Shown: one piece after another, positions 10,346 to 19,661 of the stretch | Numbering within the stretch: the stretch's first letter is position 1 | Layout: each line of letters begins with the position of its first letter | Source of the DNA: a virus | Taxonomy: Duplodnaviria > Heunggongvirae > Uroviricota > Caudoviricetes | Length of the DNA stretch: 44,960 bases | Virus record (IMG/VR): IMGVR_UViG_2529292828_000011 | Reading direction: 5' to 3' (one strand) | Made by a program: the position numbers and the translations under genes | Notes under the pieces: generated by a model | What the model was told of the DNA's origin: nothing | The model's input: only the letters and a program-made list of their open reading frames with translations | Database searches by the model: none

Positions 10346-13300
10346 TACCGATACACTCCGCTTAACTGACCGCCATCACGGGACTGCTGTTGCATAAAGT
10401 CCGCTGCAGCTTTTTTCCCGAGGTCATAAACCACCTTCAGGGCAGCCGGACCTATCTGCCCGTTCGTACCGTCGTTATTGATCGCGATGTTGTACTGCGG
10501 GGCAAACATCACCATGCCTGAACCACCAATATCCGCCACAACACCCAGCTTACCGTCGGCACCACGACGCAGTGGCAGAATGGCTTCAGGCCCCGCTTCT
10601 CCCATCACCCCCGCGCCTTTTGCAAAGGCAAAAAACGTCGGGCGGTTAACCACTGAGCCACTGTAACGGCTCAAATCCGCAGACTGATAAACACCGCCAT
10701 CCGCATTGGGCGTCACACTGGCAGCGGATGCGCTCCCCCAGCCAAACGCCGAACCAATCCCCTTCACCGCCTGCATAATGGCCATCTGCGCCATGATTTT
10801 TGCCAGGTCGGAAAGAAGCGAGGCGGTAAAGGATTTGAAATTCAGTTTACCTGTCGTGCAGAACGTCGCCAGTGCATTACCTGCACTGTTAAATGCCGCT
10901 GTAAACATCTGCTCAGCAGTTCCTGCCGCATTATCCGCATCTGCCGTAAAATTCTGAAACGCCCGCATGGCACCGTTTTTCCAGTCTGCCTGCATCAGTT
11001 CCTGCTCCTGCCAGTAGCGTCTGTTTTCGTTCAGTTGCCGGTTAAGACTGTCTGTCAGCGTCTGCTCAGCATTCCGGTATTCATCTGTGCCATATGTTCC
11101 TTTCCGCTTACTGTCACGCTCCAACTGTTCCCGCTGCTGCTGATATTTTTGTTGCAGACTGAACTGTGCCTGGTATCGCTGACGCTGTTTATCCCCCATC
11201 CCTGTCGTGGCGATATCCAGGTCATGTTGCTGACGCAGAACCCGCTCCTCTTCCGCCAGCTGGCTGGCAAGCTGAATGGATTTTTTCTTAAGGTCATTCA
11301 GCGCCGTCTGCTTCTGCAGCTCCTGCTGTTTTGCATCCAGCAGCGTCAGCGCCTGAATCAGTTCATCCTTATGCGCCAGCACGCTTTTTTCATCTGCCGT
11401 CAGCTTTTTACCGGCTAAATCACTGATACGCTGCTGCAGGGCCAGAAGCTGCTTATGCGCTTCCGTCATTTTTTTCGTGGTCAGTCCCGCGGACTGTCTG
11501 GCGGCGGCGATCTGCCCCTCCACCTGCGCCTGTTGCTGGCTGTACTGCAGTAATAACCGGGTGGCCTCATCATTACGGGTGGCAGGCGTTTCTTTCTTAA
11601 TGGCTTTTTTGTGACGTTTATTTTCACGCTGTATCGCTGCGTCCCTGACCGACTGATCTGCGTACTGCATGGCATTAATACGCGCAATTTCACGCTGATG
11701 TCGTGCCGCTTCCGTTTCGTTCATCCGGTTCAGCGCGGCATTTTCAGCATTCCGGCGTTTCTGTTGCTCCTGATAATTCCGCTCTGCCTGCTCTTTTGCA
11801 TCCTGTAAATCTTTCTGGCGCTTTTTCTCCTGAAGTTCATCAAGGCGCTGCTGGTCGTATTCCACTGTGGTGGATGCATTTGTCCAGGGCGATTTTTTCG
11901 CACGCTGAATTTTTTCCTGCAGCGCCGCAATCTGCGCATCAAGGGAATCATTACGCCCGATATTCATGGCGGCATCCCAGAACTGCTTCCACCAGTCAGA
12001 TAAGGTTTGCAGCGTACTGCCCAGCGCATTGAGATTATTATCAATATCAGATGTGCGTTTACCGGTTTCCTCTGCCAGCGCTGACATGGCGATCCGGGCA
12101 GCATCACTGGCACGCCCCTGTTCCCCGAGAACACGGATTTGTTCAAGCTGGGTGGCAGTCAGGAAATGCAGTTCATTATCCAGCGTCCTGGCTGCATTTA
12201 CCGGGTCATCCTTCAGTCGCTTAAACTGACTGATGGTGTCGCTGACAGACTGCCCCACTGAACTTTCCATTTGCGCGGCAGCTTTCGCCACCATGGCGAT
12301 ATCACCTCCACGAAATGCACCGCTGCCAACCGCCTGAGCCAGCGCACTGGCTGCAGCATGTTGCGTGATACCATTCCCGGAAATGGCGCGACTGAGAGTC
12401 CACAGCTGTCCGGTAGTGATGCCCGCATAATGCCCTGTCAACGCCAGCTGACGATTAAACACCTCCCCCTCCTTCTGACCGTCATACCAGGCCTTTCCCA
12501 GCCCGACAACAGCAGCAGTGAGTCCACCGATAACCCCGCCGACAGCCATGCCTTTCGGGGACATCAGCGCGTCAATCCATCCGGCACGGTTAGCCAGGGT
12601 GATCCCGGAGCCACGAAGCGCACCGAAATTACCCCGGGCAATTTCACCTATCAGAACACCTATCTCCTGGCGGGCCGCCGCACTTTTCAGCCCCAGCGAA
12701 TGCGTGACCTTCCCGGCTTTTTCCATTTTGCTGATATACACCTCAGCCGCACTACTGACACCCAGCTGCGCGGCTTTTGCCCTGAGCAGCTCCGTGGATG
12801 AAAGATTCTGAGCGGATACCTGCTCCTTCAGCCGCCGGATAAAGGCCGTCTTCTGGCGGGTGGCGGATTCTTCAGCCTGAGCCAGCACGCGGGTTTTTGC
12901 CGTCACTTCGGAGATTAACGCCAGATAATCCTGCTGCGCGATGCCACCATTGTTTCTGGCCTGACGGACCTGCTGCTGAATACGCTGCAGCTCCTGCAGT
13001 CCGGCCCCCGCCTGTTTCACACTGTCAATCTGACGATAAAATGCAGCAGCGGCTTTATCCTGAGCAGCAGCCAGTGCCGCCGCCTGCGCCTGCTCCTCAC
13101 GCATTTTCCGGTTCAGGGCATCAAGTCGCTGACGGGTCTGTTCCACATCCTCTGACAACGAAACATGCGCCTGCGCATTCCCCGCCAGTGCCTGAGTCTG
13201 TTTCACCGCGGTAGTCGCCGCCTGCTTCTGACTCGCTTCAAACTGTCTGACCCGCGCTTCTGCGCGCGCCGCTTCGCTGGCGGTACCATTGAGTTGCGCT

Positions 13301-13377
13301 TTAATACGCGGAAGCTGTTCCTTAAAATCAGCCGTATCAACACTTAAATCAATAACAAGGTCAGCTATCTGGCTCAA
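10345..13377 (-). CDS. H: tail tape measure protein H
   Basis: 1010 aa, coiled-coil rich, Gly-rich C-terminal part; lambda H position. Confidence 0.85.
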   Translation of the reverse strand: MSQIADLVIDLSVDTADFKEQLPRIKAQLNGTASEAARAEARVRQFEASQKQAATTAVKQTQALAGNAQAHVSLSEDVEQTRQRLDALNRKMREEQAQAAALAAAQDKAAAAFYRQIDSVKQAGAGLQELQRIQQQVRQARNNGGIAQQDYLALISEVTAKTRVLAQAEESATRQKTAFIRRLKEQVSAQNLSSTELLRAKAAQLGVSSAAEVYISKMEKAGKVTHSLGLKSAAARQEIGVLIGEIARGNFGALRGSGITLANRAGWIDALMSPKGMAVGGVIGGLTAAVVGLGKAWYDGQKEGEVFNRQLALTGHYAGITTGQLWTLSRAISGNGITQHAAASALAQAVGSGAFRGGDIAMVAKAAAQMESSVGQSVSDTISQFKRLKDDPVNAARTLDNELHFLTATQLEQIRVLGEQGRASDAARIAMSALAEETGKRTSDIDNNLNALGSTLQTLSDWWKQFWDAAMNIGRNDSLDAQIAALQEKIQRAKKSPWTNASTTVEYDQQRLDELQEKKRQKDLQDAKEQAERNYQEQQKRRNAENAALNRMNETEAARHQREIARINAMQYADQSVRDAAIQRENKRHKKAIKKETPATRNDEATRLLLQYSQQQAQVEGQIAAARQSAGLTTKKMTEAHKQLLALQQRISDLAGKKLTADEKSVLAHKDELIQALTLLDAKQQELQKQTALNDLKKKSIQLASQLAEEERVLRQQHDLDIATTGMGDKQRQRYQAQFSLQQKYQQQREQLERDSKRKGTYGTDEYRNAEQTLTDSLNRQLNENRRYWQEQELMQADWKNGAMRAFQNFTADADNAAGTAEQMFTAAFNSAGNALATFCTTGKLNFKSFTASLLSDLAKIMAQMAIMQAVKGIGSAFGWGSASAASVTPNADGGVYQSADLSRYSGSVVNRPTFFAFAKGAGVMGEAGPEAILPLRRGADGKLGVVADIGGSGMVMFAPQYNIAINNDGTNGQIGPAALKVVYDLGKKAAADFMQQQSRDGGQLSGVYR

Positions 13378-13693
13378 TTCTTATTCCTCCCGCGATACCT
13401 TCCCCCAGAAACATCAGCTCTTCATCTGTCCGGACGGGCGCTTCTGTCTCTGAAGGCAACAGGCTGAACATATCCGCCGCCACGGTTTTTCCGGAAACCA
13501 TCTGCACAATCAGCGTTTTCAGTGTGGCAAATTGCGCATCCAGCCACACATCACTGAAACTCTGCCGCCGGAAATAATCCCCCCACTCTCCCAGTTCTGT
13601 GGCTGACATTTCTGACAGCATTCGCCGCCAGTCGCCCCGCCGGAACTCCCGGGCCAGCCGCATGACAAACTGCATTTCCTGCGTCAGGACTTT
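13361..13693 (-). CDS. T: T-frame segment of tail assembly chaperone G-T (expected -1 frameshift product)
   Basis: ORF in the -1 frame relative to G, overlapping the H start; A-rich slippery-like ccggaaaag just before the G stop. Confidence 0.55.
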   Translation of the reverse strand, partial: KVLTQEMQFVMRLAREFRRGDWRRMLSEMSATELGEWGDYFRRQSFSDVWLDAQFATLKTLIVQMVSGKTVAADMFSLLPSETEAPVRTDEELMFLGEGIAGGIRIEPDS

Positions 13694-14073
13694 TCCGGCG
13701 TCAGCCCCTCCTTCACGTCATCCCCCTCTGTCGCCACTGTCAGTGCCATACCGCTCAGCGCCAGAATGCTTTCCGCCGCCATCCCCAGCGCATCCCAGGA
13801 CCATGTCACGCGCACGGAGGAAAAAAGCGCCGCCACATTCTGAGACTGGTCGGCATTCCACAGCGAACGGGAAACCAGCCAGGCGTTGATGTCCATCCCC
13901 ATTTCCATAAAAGCAATCTGGCGGGCCCCTTCTTCCATTCCTGCAGAAGCCTCATCAAACTGCGCCGCGCGTTCACGGGCATAAGCCAGGTATTCCACAC
14001 GCTGCAGACCAGACAGTTCATTCAGTACCACCGACTGATTGCCGTAATTAAACGTATCCTGTTTCAGAAACAT
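13684..14073 (-). CDS. G: tail assembly chaperone G
   Basis: 129 aa, MFLKQDTF.. like lambda gpG (MFLK.. N-terminus). Confidence 0.8.
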   Translation of the reverse strand: MFLKQDTFNYGNQSVVLNELSGLQRVEYLAYARERAAQFDEASAGMEEGARQIAFMEMGMDINAWLVSRSLWNADQSQNVAALFSSVRVTWSWDALGMAAESILALSGMALTVATEGDDVKEGLTPEKS

Positions 14074-14133
14074 TTCTCTTCTCCCCGAATAAAAAACCCC
14101 GGCGAACCGGGGCTGATGATAAACATGGCCCTG

Positions 14134-14907
14134 TTATCCCCGGGTACGTCCGGTACTCTTCTCCTCAGCAGGGGCCACGGTCACCTTGACCACCTGCCCC
14201 GTACGGCCATCACCGCTCATACCCACAATACTGACCGTCCCTTCCTGGCGGGCAGATACCGTAGCCACAAGGCCGCTCAGGCTTACCGTTGCTGTCTGCG
14301 GATCCGTGGAAAACACCGTGAGCGTTTTATCCGAGGCGTTTTCCGGTACAAGCACAAACGTCAGTTTGGACGTTTCACCAGGATGCAGTGTCACCGCCAT
14401 CGGTGTCACCGTCACACCGGTGACGCTGACCACCTCCTGACACTCTTCCGCCAGGTACGGACGCCCAATCCCGGTGATTTTGATGGTCCGGGTCATCACT
14501 TCCGTTGACGTCACCGCTTTGCCCAGCGAACTCAACCAGCCACGAAAAACATCAACTGTGCCGTTGGGGTACAGAATGCGAAACGCACAAACCTCGCCGG
14601 AATAAAACAACTCAACCAGTTTTTTCTGTCCGCTGTCGCCCGGACGCCATGCCAGTGTGGCAGACGTATCGCCAGCGGTTTTCTGGCCCTGAGATGTGCT
14701 CTTCCAGTCCGCATTCTCATCATCAAGATACGTGTCGTCTTCCGCATCAGCCGTCATTTCGCCCGGCTGCAAATCCTTCACCATTGCCAGTCGCAGCCAG
14801 TCCGTGTCTGACAATGCAGACGCAAACGGATCTCCCATCCCGGTATACATCCAGAATGTTGTCCCTGCGCCTTTCGTTTTCTCCAGTGGATTCGGTGTGG
14901 ACATCAC
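14134..14907 (-). CDS. V: major tail protein V with C-terminal Ig-like domain
   Basis: 257 aa; N-terminal ..KGAGTT.W.Y.G.GDP.. matches lambda gpV; C-terminal Ig-like (Big_2-type) segment. Confidence 0.85.
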   Translation of the reverse strand: MMSTPNPLEKTKGAGTTFWMYTGMGDPFASALSDTDWLRLAMVKDLQPGEMTADAEDDTYLDDENADWKSTSQGQKTAGDTSATLAWRPGDSGQKKLVELFYSGEVCAFRILYPNGTVDVFRGWLSSLGKAVTSTEVMTRTIKITGIGRPYLAEECQEVVSVTGVTVTPMAVTLHPGETSKLTFVLVPENASDKTLTVFSTDPQTATVSLSGLVATVSARQEGTVSIVGMSGDGRTGQVVKVTVAPAEEKSTGRTRG

Positions 14908-14926
14908 TCCTCCTTACATTATTTAT

Positions 14927-15328
14927 TCAGTTCGTGTAGGCGATCTGATACGTGATTTCCGCCATCGCCCACGTCGCCATCTCATCATCGCGCTGGTAGT
15001 TAAACCCCTGCGGTGTCATGGTGTCGATCAGCCCGGAAAGCGCCGGTATATGCCTCAGCGCCGGATAAATGCTATTTTCCATCCACTCATCCAGCTCTGA
15101 ATCCGGTGCCTGCGCACGGATAAACACAGCGATATGCAGAACGGCCTGCCAGTCGTCCTCATCTGTCATTTTTCCGGTATACCGGGCATCGCTCAGCCAG
15201 ACCGCCACAGCGGGCAACTCCTGTGCATCAATAAAGGCCGGAAGCCCGTCAAAAAATGTGGCGCACTCGCCACACTCCTCACACAGACGTGCCAGTACCG
15301 CCTGACGGATTTTTGTATGTCTGTTCAT
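14927..15328 (-). CDS. U: tail terminator protein U
   Basis: 133 aa, lambda gpU-like sequence and position. Confidence 0.85.
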   Translation of the reverse strand: MNRHTKIRQAVLARLCEECGECATFFDGLPAFIDAQELPAVAVWLSDARYTGKMTDEDDWQAVLHIAVFIRAQAPDSELDEWMENSIYPALRHIPALSGLIDTMTPQGFNYQRDDEMATWAMAEITYQIAYTN

Positions 15329-15903
15329 CGTGTCAGAAATAACCTCAGTTGCTGCTTCAGTGCATAACCCAGTTGTTTCGGCATCTCCGTTTCAGCAATA
15401 TGCCGACTGGCTTCCGTAAATGCCTGCGTCAGCGGTCCGGACAACGGGATTTTCACCACATCAATGGGGTAACGATTTTTGCCGTCAATACGCCGCATCA
15501 CATGCCAGCGACCGTTCGCCAGTTGCTGAATAAACGCATCCCGGAAAAGATATTTGCCCACCTTCAGCACACTTCCCCGGTACCGTAGCTTTCCGCCACG
15601 CCGCGCCAGCCTGACCTGAGCCGCCCCCAGCTTAATGGCTGGCAGGTTGCCCCGGTTAATCCGGATACGGGCATACATTTTTCCTGACGGGCTGGCCTTC
15701 AATACCCGGACGCGCTGACGCACCGTTTTCAGGGGGATCCCTTTGACGTGGTTGTCACCCGCAACGGTATTCTGCGCAACCTGCCGGGTAGCTACCGAGA
15801 CCGCTTTCTGCGCTACACGGTTTATCGCCCATGCGCTGGCCTGTGGCACCATACGGGTATCAAGGCTGTTCAGATTACGGATGGCGTTTTCAAGACCTTT
15901 CAT
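15325..15903 (-). CDS. Z: tail completion protein Z
   Basis: Start at MKGLENAIRNL.. gives 192 aa, ending ..LRLFLTR; lambda gpZ-like; overlaps FII end. Confidence 0.8.
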   Translation of the reverse strand: MKGLENAIRNLNSLDTRMVPQASAWAINRVAQKAVSVATRQVAQNTVAGDNHVKGIPLKTVRQRVRVLKASPSGKMYARIRINRGNLPAIKLGAAQVRLARRGGKLRYRGSVLKVGKYLFRDAFIQQLANGRWHVMRRIDGKNRYPIDVVKIPLSGPLTQAFTEASRHIAETEMPKQLGYALKQQLRLFLTR

Positions 15904-16264
15904 AATATCGCCCAGTACTGATATCACCCCGGGAAGTGTCACACCGTTGCAGGCGGATATAACAGCATCCCCCGTCGTCCGGAGTAATGCGATCCACCCG
16001 AAAAAGATCCCCACCAACCTCCAGCGTATCCAGACGGCGCAGTCCCGTAATATCTGCTGTTTTCACAAACAAAGACGGTGAAGAATCTTCAAACCGTACT
16101 CCTCCGGCAACGAAAGAAATTTTTTCAGGATCATCAAAAACACCCCTGAGTGTTTTTCCTTCAAGCTGACCGGACGTAATTACCGCCGTAATCCCCATAT
16201 GACAAAGAATGACCTCGTCAGCCATGGCGACGGCGGCATCAAACGGATTATCGAAATCTGCCAC
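15890..16264 (-). CDS. FII: head-tail connector protein FII
   Basis: MADFDNPFDAAVA.. matches the lambda gpFII N-terminus; divergent C-terminal tail. Confidence 0.8.
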   Translation of the reverse strand: MADFDNPFDAAVAMADEVILCHMGITAVITSGQLEGKTLRGVFDDPEKISFVAGGVRFEDSSPSLFVKTADITGLRRLDTLEVGGDLFRVDRITPDDGGCCYIRLQRCDTSRGDISTGRYYERS

Positions 16265-16277
16265 CTTTCCCCCACAT

Positions 16278-16661
16278 TCAACACATTTTCACGAGGCCAC
16301 TTTCTGCCATGCTGGCTGCCACCACAGCAGATACACGAAACACTTCTCCCGGACGTACAAATTCCACGGGGTTATCCCGTGTGCCGTGGAGTGCATTGAC
16401 ATGTAACATCACCACAGCTTTGACCATGACCATATCCACAGAATTTCGGTTCTCACTCTCCCCACGTTCGGATCGTGTTTCGTTTTTTTGTTGTGGTTCT
16501 TCATCATCCTTATACAGGCCGTCTGAACCATCACTTAATTCTTCTTCCCACTCCGCCAGACGTTGTTCAAGATCAGCTTTAGAGCCTGAAATATCGGCAT
16601 CGCGCCCGAGTGCTACCGCCAGCTCCTGAAGACGCGCTGTTATTTCTTCTTTTGTCATCAC
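16278..16661 (-). CDS. FI: DNA packaging protein FI
   Basis: 127 aa, MMTKEEITARLQ.. with acidic linker and conserved C-terminal domain like lambda gpFI. Confidence 0.8.
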   Translation of the reverse strand: MMTKEEITARLQELAVALGRDADISGSKADLEQRLAEWEEELSDGSDGLYKDDEEPQQKNETRSERGESENRNSVDMVMVKAVVMLHVNALHGTRDNPVEFVRPGEVFRVSAVVAASMAESGLVKMC

Positions 16662-16708
16662 ATCTCTCCTGTGCGATAAAGAAAAAGGCGGGAATATCCC
16701 ACCTGACC

Positions 16709-17737
16709 TTATTTCACCTTAACTACCACAAACGCGTCCGGATCCGGCAACACCATCAACGGCGCAGATTGCGTCATGGTATATTCGCACCCCGGGTCCC
16801 CCACCTCTAACCAGTGTTTCGGATAACGAATTGCAGAGGTGATCCCTTCACTCAACGCCTGGTTATCCTGGATTGCGCCATAACAACGGACACCATCCAC
16901 CTGAGTGTTTCCAAGAATCAGTGTGCCTTCCGGCAGATAGCGCTGCTCATCCCCGCTTTCATCAACATACGTTGTTTTCGCCACCATGATGGCCAGATCA
17001 CCGTAATAACCTTTAAAAGAAACCACGGAACCCAGATCTTTCAGCGCGGTTTCCAGTTCAGATTTTGAGCCACGGCGGGTATCCAGTTTTTCACGAAACA
17101 GCTTAAAACCGTTCAGCATACGCCAGACAGTACCGTCCATAATCGCAATATTGATGGTACCGGAAGCAAAATCGCAGTACGCATCCAGATCATGCGTCGG
17201 ATCAAAGGTGTCAACATTCTGTTTTGACCATTCGCGTCCATCTGCCTGCGTTATGTTATTGGCGGCAGAACGTCCAAAATCCACTTCCACCGTCTCAAAC
17301 TGTTCACCGCTCATGGTGTACTTACCCTGCAGAACAGCGCTGACCGCCTGCATTTCTTCCACCTGCACAATCGCCTGCTCTTCCTGTTTCAGGTTGTCAG
17401 TCAGAATACGCAGGCGACGGTAGGCCGGGTCATTAAGACGGGCCGGATCTTCCCCCGGAAGACGCTCCACCGCCTGCTGATAATCCAGCCGGTGTTTTGG
17501 TTTAACATAGCCGGGGCGTAACACGCGGGTTTCACCACCACGACTGCGCAGTACCTTACCTGACACAACCGGAGACACATATGCCGCAACCGGTGTTTTT
17601 CCAGTGATTTTATCCAGCATCACTTCCTGAGTATGGAAAGTGACCGTACGACGAAAAAACAGCTCCAGAAACAGCGCACGGAATTTCACTTTCTGCTCGG
17701 TGTAGCCGAGCAACTGACGCGTGGTAAATAACCCCAT
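16709..17737 (-). CDS. E: major capsid protein E
   Basis: Start at MGLFTTRQLL.. gives 342 aa; strong similarity to lambda gpE through ..SAPLMVLPDPDAFVVVKV. Confidence 0.9.
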   Translation of the reverse strand: MGLFTTRQLLGYTEQKVKFRALFLELFFRRTVTFHTQEVMLDKITGKTPVAAYVSPVVSGKVLRSRGGETRVLRPGYVKPKHRLDYQQAVERLPGEDPARLNDPAYRRLRILTDNLKQEEQAIVQVEEMQAVSAVLQGKYTMSGEQFETVEVDFGRSAANNITQADGREWSKQNVDTFDPTHDLDAYCDFASGTINIAIMDGTVWRMLNGFKLFREKLDTRRGSKSELETALKDLGSVVSFKGYYGDLAIMVAKTTYVDESGDEQRYLPEGTLILGNTQVDGVRCYGAIQDNQALSEGITSAIRYPKHWLEVGDPGCEYTMTQSAPLMVLPDPDAFVVVKVK

Positions 17738-17806
17738 AATTGACTTTCCTTTAAAAACACAAACGGGCCGCATCACGACCCGTTTTTTCAGTTAATCATT
17801 TCACCA

Positions 17807-18142
17807 TCAGGCGTGGCTGATGGCACTTCCCACAAACGCGTTGGCTTTTTTCACCGCATCCACCGAATCCGGCCAGACCAGCGATTCGGTGGCAAACGTA
17901 CCACTTTTGTAGTACGTCAGTGTGGGCTCGGTCCCGGCCAGCGCCAGTACCAGCCCCCCCACAGCCGTTCCGGCTTTCTGACCATCCCATGCCACCAGTT
18001 TTCCGCTGGCGTCATCCAGCATCAGTGGCGTCAGTGAAGGCGTGGCAACACTGATACCACTGGTACCTGTTGCGGTATATACCGGATCGCTTCCGGCAAA
18101 AATGCGCCCGTCCGCGCGCTTTTCTGTGGTGGTTTTAATCAT
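17807..18142 (-). CDS. D: capsid decoration protein D
   Basis: Start at MIKTTTEK.. with AGGAGA Shine-Dalgarno 8 nt upstream; lambda gpD-like (..TPLMLD....KLVAWDG..). Confidence 0.85.
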   Translation of the reverse strand: MIKTTTEKRADGRIFAGSDPVYTATGTSGISVATPSLTPLMLDDASGKLVAWDGQKAGTAVGGLVLALAGTEPTLTYYKSGTFATESLVWPDSVDAVKKANAFVGSAISHA

Positions 18143-18182
18143 TTTCTCAGTCTCCTGATTTATCTGAATCACGGATCCACGC

Positions 18183-19661
18183 TTACGGCATACTCATCAG
18201 CAGTTCTTTTTCCCCGTTCCCGGCAGTTCCGCCACCGGAAACGGCACTGGCGGCATGCTGTGCCATGAAGCGCTCAAAAAGTGTTACCTGTGACGGTTGC
18301 GATACTGATGGCGCAGCTGCCAGCAGCGTTTTCGCCTGCTCCACTGTCATTCCCGGTTGTTCAGCCAGCGCCTGTGCCAGTTTTTCGCGTCCTTTTGCTT
18401 CCGGCAACGCAATAATTTGATCACCGGAACTTGCCGTGCCGGTTGCCGGTGCCGCTGCCAGTAACGTTTTCGCCTGCTCCACCGTCATTCCCGGCTGTTC
18501 AGCCAGCGTCCGTGCCAGTTGTTCACGTCCTTTTGCTTCCGGCAACGCAATAATTTGATCGCCGGAACTTGCCGTGCCGGTTGCCGGTGCCGCTGCCAGT
18601 AATGTTTTTGCCTGCTCAACTGACATTCCCTGCTGACCTGCCAGCATCTGCGCCAGTTTTTCGCGTCCTTTCGCCTCCTGACAATTCAGGATCCCCATCA
18701 CGCGCTGATTTTCCTGGGACACCGCTTCAGCAACGGTGAGATTTTTTGGTGTCATCGTATTCTCCTGTGTAACAGAGTCGTTCAGAGCAGAAACCATTAC
18801 ATCAACGGCATCTGCAGCATTAATCAGTTGATCAGCCAGGCCTGTATCAATGCCTGCCTGACCGTCATAAACGGCAGCCTCGGTATTCATCACCACCTCT
18901 GAACTCAGCCCCGTATAAAGTGCCACCTTGTCGACAAACATCCGGCGGGCATCATCAATACGGCGCTGAAAATCCGCACGCACACCTGTCGGCAACGCCT
19001 GAATACTGTTGCCGTCAACCTTGTGCTGCCCGGAGTAAATCAGCGTGATATCCACGCCTTCCTGTGCCAGTTGTTTCTCGTAACTGGTGTGCGCCATCAT
19101 CACACCAATCGACCCAATTTTTGCCGTCTGCGTGCCCAGCCGACGCGTACAGGCCGCCGCCAGCAACATGGCGGCTGAACAGGCCATGTCATTACACAGC
19201 GCCCACACGGGCTTCTGTTCCCGCAGACGGTAAATCATGTCAGCACAGTCAAACGCCCCGGCAGCCTGACCGCCCGGACTGTCGATATCCAGTAAAATGC
19301 CGCGTACATCCGGGTCGTTCACCGCTGACTTAAGACGGGCAGTCAGACCGTCATAACTGGTCATACCGGAATATGGCTGCAGGGTACCCATTTTATGTAC
19401 CAGCGTGCCGCTCACCGGCAGAATGGCAATACCATTTTTCACCTGGTAACTCTTTACCGGACGCGGACCACCAGTCATATAATCGGTAACCTCCAGCTGC
19501 ATACCATCGGCATCAAGCTGAACGGCCTGCTGCGGAACGGCAAGGCTGCCCGCCCCCATCTCCTTACCCAGTGCGCAAAAGAAAACCCGCGCATAGGCGG
19601 GTTCCAGTAAAAGCGGCTCATTAAATGCCATCGCGGCAATATGTGATAAATTACAGCGCAT
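18183..19661 (-). CDS. C: head maturation protease/scaffold C (S49 peptidase-like, Nu3-equivalent C-terminal part)
   Basis: 492 aa; N-terminus ..HIAAMAFNEPLLLEPAYARVFF.. matches lambda gpC; C-terminal scaffold region contains a tandem repeat. Confidence 0.85.
   Translation of the reverse strand: MRCNLSHIAAMAFNEPLLLEPAYARVFFCALGKEMGAGSLAVPQQAVQLDADGMQLEVTDYMTGGPRPVKSYQVKNGIAILPVSGTLVHKMGTLQPYSGMTSYDGLTARLKSAVNDPDVRGILLDIDSPGGQAAGAFDCADMIYRLREQKPVWALCNDMACSAAMLLAAACTRRLGTQTAKIGSIGVMMAHTSYEKQLAQEGVDITLIYSGQHKVDGNSIQALPTGVRADFQRRIDDARRMFVDKVALYTGLSSEVVMNTEAAVYDGQAGIDTGLADQLINAADAVDVMVSALNDSVTQENTMTPKNLTVAEAVSQENQRVMGILNCQEAKGREKLAQMLAGQQGMSVEQAKTLLAAAPATGTASSGDQIIALPEAKGREQLARTLAEQPGMTVEQAKTLLAAAPATGTASSGDQIIALPEAKGREKLAQALAEQPGMTVEQAKTLLAAAPSVSQPSQVTLFERFMAQHAASAVSGGGTAGNGEKELLMSMP
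18309..18677 (-). repeat. in-frame tandem repeat (about 138 bp, 2 full copies plus a partial third) inside gene C
   Basis: Protein shows EAKGRE.LA..LA.Q.GM.VEQAKTLLAAAPATGTASSGDQIIALP twice, then a third copy diverging after ..LLAAAP; matching near-identical DNA units are visible. Confidence 0.8.

Noticed and set aside
12271-12801. 176-aa plus-strand ORF antisense to the tape-measure gene
   Set aside because: Embedded in gene H on the opposite strand; no start context.
18309-18677. Regular tandem repeats that might be mistaken for a CRISPR array
   Set aside because: The units are about 138 bp, in frame within gene C, with no short spacer/repeat alternation; no CRISPR array or cas genes are present in the window.
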